31,855 nucleotides of DNA, taken from positions 1 to 31,855 of the forward strand of contig PHDR01000001.1 of NCBI GenBank assembly GCA_002841035.1, in the 5' to 3' direction. Positions within the stretch are counted from its first letter, which is position 1. Each line of letters starts with the position of its first letter. Below the pieces are notes generated by a model. It was not told the origin of the DNA and made no database searches. It saw nothing but the letters and a program-made list of their open reading frames with translations. The position numbers were made by a program, and so were the translations under genes. The stretch is from Bacteroidetes bacterium HGW-Bacteroidetes-12. GTDB taxonomy: Bacteria > Bacteroidota > Bacteroidia > Flavobacteriales_E > Vicingaceae. This document shows, piece by piece, positions 23,506 through 31,855 of the stretch.

Positions 23506-26500
23506 TTAATCTTGAATAATTGCTCTTTCAGCAGTTGCTTTTTTAAGTAGTTCATATTCTTCTTTAGAACCAACAACAATGTTTCTGAATTTTTTAAGAC
23601 CTGTACCTGCTGGAATTAATTTTCCAACAATTACATTTTCTTTCAATCCTTCTAATTCATCAACTTTTCCTCTAATTGCTGCTTCGTTTAAAACTTTAGT
23701 AGTTTCTTGGAAGGAAGCTGCAGAAATAAAGCTATCAGTTTGAAGAGATGCTCTTGTTATTCCTTGAATAATTGGGCTTGAAGTTGCTGGTACAGCTTCT
23801 CTACTTTCAACTAATTTTTTATCCATTCTTTTCAATTTAGAGTTTTCATCTCTTAATTGTCTTGAAGTTAAAATTTGACCTGGTTTAATCACATCAGACT
23901 CACCTGAATCAGTAACAATATATTTATCATAGATGTAATCGTTTTCTTCCATAAAATCACGTTTATTTACAATTTCTTTTTCTAAGAATTTTGTATCACC
24001 CTGATCTTCAATAACAACTTTTCGCATCATCTGACGAACAATTACTTCAAAGTGTTTATCGTTAATTTTTACTCCTTGTAATCGATAAACCTCTTGAACT
24101 TCATTCACAATATATTCTTGAACAGCTGTAGGTCCTTTAATCGCTAAGATATCAGATGGAGTAATGGATCCTTCTGAAAGAGGATTTCCTGCTTTCACAA
24201 AATCATTTTCTTGAACCAATATGTGTTTAGAAAGGTTTACTAAGTATTTTTTAACTTCACCTGTTCTTGATTCAATAACAATCTCTCTGTTACCACGTTT
24301 AATTTTTCCAAAAGAAACTATACCATCAATTTCGGAAACAACTGCTGGATTAGATGGATTTCTCGCTTCAAATAATTCTGTTACCCTTGGCAAACCACCT
24401 GTAATATCACCTGTTCCACCTGCTGTTCTTGGTATTTTCACAAGAATATCTCCTCCATTAACTTTGTTGCCTTCATTCACTATAATATGAGCTCCAACAG
24501 GTAAGTTATATGTTCTTAGCACTTCATTTTTTGAATTTACTACATTTAATAAAGGTATTTTTTTCTTGTCTTTAAATTCAGAAATTACTTTTTCAGTAAA
24601 TCCAGTTTGCTCATCTGATTCTTCTTTATAAGTAGCTCCTAACTCAAAATTTTCAAAAGCAACTTTTCCATCAACCTCTGTTAAAATCACAGCATTATAA
24701 GGATCCCAAACACAAATTTTATCTCCTTTCTTAACTTTATCACCATCTTTAACAAAGACTTGAGAACCATAAGGAATATTTCCTGTGGTTAAAACAACAT
24801 TGGTTTTAGTATCAATAATTTTCATTTCAGCAGAACGTCCAATTACTAAATTAATTTTCTCTCCTGCATCATTTGTTTTTTCTATTGTTCTTAATTCATC
24901 AATTTCTAAACGACCTTCATATCTAGCTTCAATTCCAGAAACACCAGTAATTTTAGATGCTGTACCCCCAATATGGAAGGTTCTAAGTGTTAATTGAGTT
25001 CCTGGCTCACCAATAGATTGTGCAGCAACAACACCAACAGGTTCTCCATGTTGCACCATTCTGCCTGTTGATAGATTTCTTCCATAGCATTTAGCACAAA
25101 CTCCTTTTCGTTGTTCACAAGTTAATACAGAACGTATTTCTACTTCATCAATATCAGCAGCTTCAATCGATTCAGCTATATCTTCTGTAATTTCATCTCC
25201 AGAAGCAACAATTAATTCATCGGTTGTTGGGTTGTAAATATCATGAACAGATGTTCTACCTAATATTCTATCAAATAAACTTTCTACAACTTCGTCATTA
25301 TTAATTAATGAAGTTGCTATTAGTCCTCTGAGGGTTCCACAATCATCAGAAGTAATTACCACATCTTGAGAAACATCAACCAATCTTCTTGTTAAATAAC
25401 CCGCATCGGCTGTTTTTAAGGCTGTATCTGCCAATCCTTTACGAGCCCCGTGAGTAGAAATAAAATATTCCAAAACGGACAAACCTTCTTTAAAGTTTGC
25501 TAAAATTGGATTTTCGATAATTTCTTGACCGTTAGATGAACCTGATTTTTGTGGTTTAGCCATCAATCCTCTCATTCCTGATAACTGGCGAATTTGTTCT
25601 TTAGAACCCCTTGCCCCAGAATCAAACATCATATAGATTGAGTTAAACCCTTGGTTATCATTTTTAAGGTTATCCATCAACACATTAGTAAGTCGAGTAT
25701 TCGTATGTGTCCAAATATCTATAATTTGATTGTAACGTTCATTGTTGGTAATGAAACCCATGTTATAGTTATTCATTACCTCGTTGACTTCAACATTAGC
25801 TTTTGCTACAAAAATTTCTTTTTCTTTAGGTATCATAATATCGTCTAAGTTAAACGATAAACCACCTTTAAAAGCCATATCATAACCTAATGTTTTGATA
25901 TCATCTAAAAATTCAACTGTTTTTTTAGGCCCACTAATTTTCAATACTTTACCGATAATATCTCGTAGCGATTTTTTTGTTAGAAGTTCGTTAACGAAAC
26001 CAACCTCTTCTGGCACCAATTCGTTAAAAATAACTCTTCCAGCTGAAGTATCAATTAGTTTTGTAACAATTTCACCGTTTTCAACATCTTTGGTTTTAAC
26101 TTTAATTTTTGCATGAATGTTTAATTTCCCTTCATTCAGTGCAATAATAACCTCTTCTGGAGAATAAAAAGTTTTTCCCTCTCCTACAATAGGATGTTCT
26201 TTTGTTGAAATTCTTTCTTTTGTAATATAATATAATCCAAGAACCATATCCTGAGATGGTAGGGTTACTGGAGTTCCATTTGCTGGATTTAAAATGTTAT
26301 GAGAGGATAACATTAATAACTGTGCTTCTAAAATTGCCGCATTACCTAAAGGTAAATGCACTGCCATTTGATCTCCATCAAAATCGGCATTAAATGCAGT
26401 ACAAACTAGTGGATGTAGTCGAATTGCTTTCCCTTCTATTAATTTTGGTTGGAAAGCCTGAATACCTAAACGGTGCAATGTAGGTGCACGGTTAAGCAAA

Positions 26501-27813
26501 ACTGGATGTCCTTTTAATATGCTTTCTAAAATATCCCAAACAACTGGTTCTTTTTTGTCAACTATTTTTTTAGCTGATTTAACTGTTTTTACAATGCCTC
26601 TTTCAATTAATTTGCGGATAACAAAAGGTTTATAAAGCTCTGCAGCCATATCTTTTGGAATACCACATTCGTGTAATTTCAAATCTGGTCCAACAACAAT
26701 TACAGAACGAGCAGAATAATCAACACGTTTTCCAAGTAAGTTTTGACGGAATCTACCAGATTTACCTTTTAAACTGTCTGATAAAGATTTTAAAGCTCTG
26801 TTTGCATCTGTTTTAACAGCACTTGATTTTCTAGAGTTATCTAGCAAGGCATCAACAGATTCTTGAAGCATACGTTTTTCATTTCTCAAGATTACATCTG
26901 GAGCTTTAATTTCCATCAATCTTTTTAAACGATTGTTTCTAATGATAACTCTTCTGTATAAATCATTCAAATCTGAAGTAGCAAATCTACCACCATCTAA
27001 CGGCACTAAAGGTCTTAATTCTGGTGGTATAACAGGAACTACTTTTAAAATCATCCACTCTGGACGGTTGTCTATGTTTAATTTAGATGCTCTGAATGCT
27101 TCAACAACCTGAAGTCTTTTTAATGCTTCGTTTTTACGTTGTTGAGAAGTTTCATTGTTTGCTTTGTGTCTTAAATCATAAGAAAGGCTATCTAAATCTA
27201 ATCGTTTTAGTAATTCATACAACGCCTCAGCACCCATTTTAGCAATGAATTTATTTGGGTCTGCATCATCTAAATATTGATTTTCTTTCGGAAGCGTATC
27301 AATAATATCAAAATACTCTTCTTCAGTTAAGAAATCTAAGTATTGAATTGGTTCTCCTTCACTATTAGTAACTCCAGCCGAATTAATTACTACATATCTT
27401 TCATAATAAATAATAGCATCTAATTTTTTTGTAGGCAATCCTAATAGGTAGCCAATTTTGTTTGGTAATGACTTGAAATACCAAATATGTGCAACAGGAA
27501 CAACTAACGAGATGTGTCCCATTCTTTCTCTTCGTACTTTCTTTTCAGTTACTTCAACGCCACATCTATCACAAATAATTCCTTTGTATCTAATTCTTTT
27601 ATATTTTCCACAATGACATTCAAAGTCTTTTACAGGTCCAAAAATTCGTTCACAAAATAAACCATCTCTTTCTGGTTTATAAGTTCTGTAGTTTATGGTT
27701 TCTGGTTTTAATACTTCTCCACTTGATCTTTCTAAGATTAATTCTGGAGATGATAAACTGATAGTAATTTTAGAAAAATTACTTGTTGTGTTATAATCAC
27801 GTTTAAAAGCCAT
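23506..27813 (-). CDS. rpoC: RNA polymerase beta' subunit
   Basis: KPETINYRT, Zn-finger CHCGKY...CDRCGVE, catalytic [17 protein letters not shown]. Confidence 0.99.
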   Translation of the reverse strand: MAFKRDYNTTSNFSKITISLSSPELILERSSGEVLKPETINYRTYKPERDGLFCERIFGPVKDFECHCGKYKRIRYKGIICDRCGVEVTEKKVRRERMGHISLVVPVAHIWYFKSLPNKIGYLLGLPTKKLDAIIYYERYVVINSAGVTNSEGEPIQYLDFLTEEEYFDIIDTLPKENQYLDDADPNKFIAKMGAEALYELLKRLDLDSLSYDLRHKANNETSQQRKNEALKRLQVVEAFRASKLNIDNRPEWMILKVVPVIPPELRPLVPLDGGRFATSDLNDLYRRVIIRNNRLKRLMEIKAPDVILRNEKRMLQESVDALLDNSRKSSAVKTDANRALKSLSDSLKGKSGRFRQNLLGKRVDYSARSVIVVGPDLKLHECGIPKDMAAELYKPFVIRKLIERGIVKTVKSAKKIVDKKEPVVWDILESILKGHPVLLNRAPTLHRLGIQAFQPKLIEGKAIRLHPLVCTAFNADFDGDQMAVHLPLGNAAILEAQLLMLSSHNILNPANGTPVTLPSQDMVLGLYYITKERISTKEHPIVGEGKTFYSPEEVIIALNEGKLNIHAKIKVKTKDVENGEIVTKLIDTSAGRVIFNELVPEEVGFVNELLTKKSLRDIIGKVLKISGPKKTVEFLDDIKTLGYDMAFKGGLSFNLDDIMIPKEKEIFVAKANVEVNEVMNNYNMGFITNNERYNQIIDIWTHTNTRLTNVLMDNLKNDNQGFNSIYMMFDSGARGSKEQIRQLSGMRGLMAKPQKSGSSNGQEIIENPILANFKEGLSVLEYFISTHGARKGLADTALKTADAGYLTRRLVDVSQDVVITSDDCGTLRGLIATSLINNDEVVESLFDRILGRTSVHDIYNPTTDELIVASGDEITEDIAESIEAADIDEVEIRSVLTCEQRKGVCAKCYGRNLSTGRMVQHGEPVGVVAAQSIGEPGTQLTLRTFHIGGTASKITGVSGIEARYEGRLEIDELRTIEKTNDAGEKINLVIGRSAEMKIIDTKTNVVLTTGNIPYGSQVFVKDGDKVKKGDKICVWDPYNAVILTEVDGKVAFENFELGATYKEESDEQTGFTEKVISEFKDKKKIPLLNVVNSKNEVLRTYNLPVGAHIIVNEGNKVNGGDILVKIPRTAGGTGDITGGLPRVTELFEARNPSNPAVVSEIDGIVSFGKIKRGNREIVIESRTGEVKKYLVNLSKHILVQENDFVKAGNPLSEGSITPSDILAIKGPTAVQEYIVNEVQEVYRLQGVKINDKHFEVIVRQMMRKVVIEDQGDTKFLEKEIVNKRDFMEENDYIYDKYIVTDSGESDVIKPGQILTSRQLRDENSKLKRMDKKLVESREAVPATSSPIIQGITRASLQTDSFISAASFQETTKVLNEAAIRGKVDELEGLKENVIVGKLIPAGTGLKKFRNIVVGSKEEYELLKKATAERAIIQD

Positions 27814-27847
27814 AATATGTATAGTTTGTTTGGGTTAGTTTTTAATG

Positions 27848-27885
27848 GTTGATGAAATTGTTTTTATTAAAGCAATTTCATCAAC
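27848..27885. other. Hairpin in the rpoB-rpoC intergenic region
   Basis: gttgatgaaattgttt / aaagcaatttcatcaac arms. A T-tract follows only on the plus (antisense) strand. Confidence 0.6.
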
Positions 27886-27906
27886 TTTTATTTTTTTTGT
27901 TTTCAA

Positions 27907-30900
27907 TTAATCTAATGTAATATTAAGTGCTAAGCCTCTTAATTCATGAAGTAATACATTAAAAGATTCTGGAATACCAGGTTCTGGCATTGGATCTCCT
28001 TTTACAATCGCTTCATATGCTTTTGCTCTACCTTTTACATCATCAGATTTAATAGTCAACAATTCTTGTAAGATATTAGCTGCTCCATAAGCCTCAATAG
28101 CCCATACCTCCATTTCTCCAAAACGTTGACCTCCAAACTGTGCTTTACCACCAAGAGGTTGTTGTGTAATTAATGAGTATGGTCCAATAGAACGTGCGTG
28201 CATTTTATCGTCAATCATGTGTCCTAATCGAAGCATATAGATTACCCCAACAGTTGCTGGTTGATCAAATCTATCGCCTGTTCCTCCATCATAAAGATAT
28301 GTTTTTCCATATTGAGGAACACCTGCTTCAATACAGTATTCATTGATTCTCTCAACACTAATACCATCAAAAATTGGAGTTGCAAATGTTTTTCCTAGTT
28401 TTTGTCCGGCCCATCCTAATACAGTTTCATACACTTGACCTAAGTTCATCCTTGAAGGTACTCCAAGTGGATTAAGTACTATATCTACTGGAGTTCCGTC
28501 TTCTAAGAAAGGCATATCCTCTTCTCTAACAATGTTTGCAACAATACCTTTGTTACCATGACGACCCGCCATTTTATCTCCAACTTTAAGTTTTCTCTTT
28601 TTAGCTACATAAACTTTCGCTAATTTAAGAATACCTGCAGGTAACTCATCTCCAACAGAAATGGCGTATTTTTTACGTTTATTTTGTCCAAGAATTTCGT
28701 TAACTCTTATATTGAAATTATTTAAAATATGTTTTATTTGATTATTTAATTCATCACTTGTAGTCCAATTTTTAGAGTCAATAAAGATGAAATCATCTAC
28801 TTTTTCTAACACTTTTACAGTGAATTTTGTTCCTTTAGGAATAATTACTTCATTGTAATAATTAACAACACCTTGACTTGTTTTGTTGTTTACTACAATA
28901 TATAATTTATCTATAAGAATTTTTTTAAGTGCTGAAATCTCTCTATTATATTCCTCATCTAATTGTGCTATTATTGTTTTTTCTTCTGCCCTACTTTTTC
29001 TATCTTTGATTGCTCTTTCAAACAATTTTTTATCAACAACAACACCTTTTACAGATGGTTTTACTTTCAACGAAGCATCTTTAACGTCACCTGCTTTATC
29101 TCCAAAAATGGCTCTTAATAATTTTTCTTCTGGAGTTGGATCTGTTTCTCCTTTTGGAGTGATTTTCCCGATAAGAATATCGCCTTCTTTAATGTCAGCT
29201 CCAATTCTTATCATTCCGTTTTCATCTAAATCTTTAGTAGCTTCTTCACTAACATTAGGTATATCAGAAGTTAATTCTTCCTCTCCTCGTTTGGTATCTC
29301 TAACTTCTAATGAAAATTCTTCAATATGCACAGAGGTAAAATAATCATCTTTTACTACTTTTTCAGAAATAACAATCGCATCCTCAAAATTATAACCTTT
29401 CCAAGGCATAAATGCTACTTTAAGGTTTCTTCCAAGAGCAAGCTCTCCATTTTGTGTTGCATATCCTTCACAAAGAACTTGTCCTTTTTTCACTTTATCA
29501 CCTTTTCTCACAATTGGAGTAAGATTTAAACAAGTATTTTGATTGGTTTTTTTAAATGTAGCTAATTCATAAGTAACGGAATCTCCATTAAAACTAACCA
29601 ATTGCTCTTCTTCTGTTCTATCATATTTTATGGTAATGTTTTTGGCATCAACATATTCAACAATTCCATCAGCTTCTGCATTTATCAACACTCTAGAATC
29701 TTGAGCAACTCTAGCTTCTAGTCCAGTTCCAACAATTGGTGCTTCTGGTCTAAGTAAAGGAACCGCTTGACGCATCATATTTGATCCCATCAAAGCACGG
29801 TTGGCATCATCATTTTCCAAGAAAGGAATTAATGATGCTGCAATTGATGCAATTTGATTTGGTGCAACGTCCATTAATGCAATATTTGCAGGTTCTGTTA
29901 CTGGAAAATCACCATCTAATCTGCTTTTTACTTTTTCTGTTAAAAAGTTCCCTTTTTCATCAACTTTAGCATTTGCTTGTGCAATGACTTTTTTATCTTC
30001 TTCTTCTGCACTCAAATAAATAACATCTTTTTTGAAGTTAACTTTTCCATCTTCAACAAAACGATAAGGTGTTTCTATAAACCCTAGTTTATTAATTTTT
30101 GCATATACACATAAGGAAGAAATCAAACCAATATTTGGTCCTTCAGGTGTTTCAATAGGGCAAAGTCGACCGTAGTGTGTGAAGTGAACATCCCTTACCT
30201 CAAAACCAGCTCTTTCTCTTGATAAACCTCCTGGTCCAAGTGCTGACATTCTTCTTTTATGAGTAATCTCAGATAATGGATTGGTTTGATCCATAAATTG
30301 AGATAGTTGATTTGTTCCAAAGAATGAGTTAATTACAGACGATAATGTTTTTGCATTAATCAAATCTGATGGAGTAAAAACTTCGTTGTCTCTCACATTC
30401 ATTCTTTCTCTAATTGTTCGAGCCATTCTTGACAGTCCAACACCAAATTGGTTGTGCAATTGTTCTCCAACTGTTCTTACTCTTCTGTTACTTAAATGGT
30501 CAATATCATCAACCAATGTTTTTGAATTGATAAGTTCAATTAAGTATTTAATGATGCAAATAATATCTTCACGAGTAAGTGTTCTAGTATCAGAATTTAT
30601 ATCTAAACCTAGTTTTTTGTTTATTCTGAAACGACCAACTTCTCCTAAATCATACCTAGTTTCAGAAAAGAAAAGTTTATCAATAACACCTCTAGCTGTT
30701 TCAACATCTGGCGGTTCAGCGTTTCTTAACTGACGATAAATATGTTCAACCGCTTCTTTTTCAGAGTTAGAAGGGTCTTTTTGCAATGTATTATATATAA
30801 TAGCAAAATCTGATGTGTTTACATCTTCTTTATGTAAAATAATTGTTTTAGAACCAGAATCAATAATCTCATCAACATGAGTTTTATCAATAATAGTTTC

Positions 30901-31737
30901 TCTATCAATAATTACTTCATTTCTTTCGATAGAAACAACCTCTCCAGTATCTTCGTCCACAAAATCTTCAACCCATGTTTTTAGAACACGAGCGGCTAAT
31001 TTTCTACCTAATATCTTTTTTAATCCAGCTTTACTAACTTTCACTTCATCTGCTAAGTTAAAAAGCTCTAATATTTCTTTATCTGTTTCAAAACCAATGG
31101 CTCTAAAAAGCGTGGTTACAGGTAATTTTTTCTTTCTGTCAATATATGCATACATCACATTATTAATGTCTGTAGCAAATTCAATCCAAGAACCTCTAAA
31201 AGGGATAATTCTTGCTGAATATAATTTTGTTCCATTGGCATGTTTGCTTTGACCAAAGAAAACGCCTGGAGAACGATGCAATTGTGAAACAATAACACGT
31301 TCAGCACCATTGATAACAAAGGTTCCTTTAGGTGTCATGTAAGGAATTGTTCCTAAATAAACATCTTGAACGATAGTCTCAAAGTCTTCATGTTCTGGAT
31401 CAGTACAATATAACTTTAGCTTTGCTTTTAAAGGAACACTATAGGTTAACCCTCTTTCAATACATTCATCAATTGAATATCTTGGCGGATCGATGAAATA
31501 ATCCAAAAATTCCAACACAAACTGATTACGTGCGTCAGTAATTGGAAAATTCTCACTAAATACTTTAAATAGACCTTCAGAAGCTCTATTTTCAGGAGTT
31601 GTATCTAATTGAAAATAAGATTGAAATGATTTTATTTGTATATCCAAGAAATCAGGATATTCTAATTGGTTTATGGTAGATGAAAAATTAATCCTTGGAT
31701 TAGCATTTTTCTCTTTTGATGCCAATGTTTTATTCAT
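27907..31737 (-). CDS. rpoB: RNA polymerase beta subunit
   Basis: [47 protein letters not shown]. Confidence 0.99.
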   Translation of the reverse strand: MNKTLASKEKNANPRINFSSTINQLEYPDFLDIQIKSFQSYFQLDTTPENRASEGLFKVFSENFPITDARNQFVLEFLDYFIDPPRYSIDECIERGLTYSVPLKAKLKLYCTDPEHEDFETIVQDVYLGTIPYMTPKGTFVINGAERVIVSQLHRSPGVFFGQSKHANGTKLYSARIIPFRGSWIEFATDINNVMYAYIDRKKKLPVTTLFRAIGFETDKEILELFNLADEVKVSKAGLKKILGRKLAARVLKTWVEDFVDEDTGEVVSIERNEVIIDRETIIDKTHVDEIIDSGSKTIILHKEDVNTSDFAIIYNTLQKDPSNSEKEAVEHIYRQLRNAEPPDVETARGVIDKLFFSETRYDLGEVGRFRINKKLGLDINSDTRTLTREDIICIIKYLIELINSKTLVDDIDHLSNRRVRTVGEQLHNQFGVGLSRMARTIRERMNVRDNEVFTPSDLINAKTLSSVINSFFGTNQLSQFMDQTNPLSEITHKRRMSALGPGGLSRERAGFEVRDVHFTHYGRLCPIETPEGPNIGLISSLCVYAKINKLGFIETPYRFVEDGKVNFKKDVIYLSAEEEDKKVIAQANAKVDEKGNFLTEKVKSRLDGDFPVTEPANIALMDVAPNQIASIAASLIPFLENDDANRALMGSNMMRQAVPLLRPEAPIVGTGLEARVAQDSRVLINAEADGIVEYVDAKNITIKYDRTEEEQLVSFNGDSVTYELATFKKTNQNTCLNLTPIVRKGDKVKKGQVLCEGYATQNGELALGRNLKVAFMPWKGYNFEDAIVISEKVVKDDYFTSVHIEEFSLEVRDTKRGEEELTSDIPNVSEEATKDLDENGMIRIGADIKEGDILIGKITPKGETDPTPEEKLLRAIFGDKAGDVKDASLKVKPSVKGVVVDKKLFERAIKDRKSRAEEKTIIAQLDEEYNREISALKKILIDKLYIVVNNKTSQGVVNYYNEVIIPKGTKFTVKVLEKVDDFIFIDSKNWTTSDELNNQIKHILNNFNIRVNEILGQNKRKKYAISVGDELPAGILKLAKVYVAKKRKLKVGDKMAGRHGNKGIVANIVREEDMPFLEDGTPVDIVLNPLGVPSRMNLGQVYETVLGWAGQKLGKTFATPIFDGISVERINEYCIEAGVPQYGKTYLYDGGTGDRFDQPATVGVIYMLRLGHMIDDKMHARSIGPYSLITQQPLGGKAQFGGQRFGEMEVWAIEAYGAANILQELLTIKSDDVKGRAKAYEAIVKGDPMPEPGIPESFNVLLHELRGLALNITLD

Positions 31738-31855
31738 TAGTTGTTGAGAGTTTAATAAGTTAAAATGTATAATTTTTGTTTCGTTTTATGTTTACTTAAA
31801 CACATAAAACTTAACATTTTTAATCAAAATTTACATTAAAATTTTGATTTTTTAA

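Noticed and set aside
30230-30330. Possible rifampicin-resistance alleles in RpoB cluster I
   Set aside because: The equivalents of E. coli Q513, D516, H526 and S531 are wild type ([22 protein letters not shown]).
11886-30733. Remaining short ORFs nested in or antisense to the ABC genes, the T9SS gene, rpoC and rpoB
   Set aside because: Shadow ORFs of conserved long genes. The two at 21297 and 21771 merely mirror the PKD duplication.

Overview
AT-rich Bacteroidota chromosome segment, probably Flavobacteriales-like (inferred from TAnnTTTG promoters, a T9SS cargo protein and the RpoB/RpoC sequences). The left 8.8 kb is a type II-C CRISPR-Cas9 locus. It has 30 identical 36-bp repeats with 29 spacers, a clearly recognisable tracrRNA divergent from cas9, and an IHF-site leader plus terminator at the transcriptional 3' end of the array. 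Two things are unusual. (1) No cas1/cas2 lies in the window; the slot between cas9 and the array holds three type II toxin-antitoxin pairs (RHH-RelE, then two tandem DUF2683-YoeB paralogues). (2) The 1539-aa Cas9 keeps all catalytic motifs but carries a ~300-aa insertion inside RuvC-III built from four tandem ~56-aa repeats (GxVxxGxF...GxYW) and a partial fifth. The rest is mostly ordinary: a GH3-family protein, an apparently deletion-truncated exported protein, an ABC ATPase with a permease-M1 peptidase fusion, deoxynucleoside kinase, YebC, a fatty acid desaturase, a glycine-rich PKD/T9SS type B protein, and the rpoB-rpoC-DUF3467 operon. Intergenic regions carry REP-like palindromes and ACTTTA tandem tracts. 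Family assignments come from motif recognition by eye, not from database searches.
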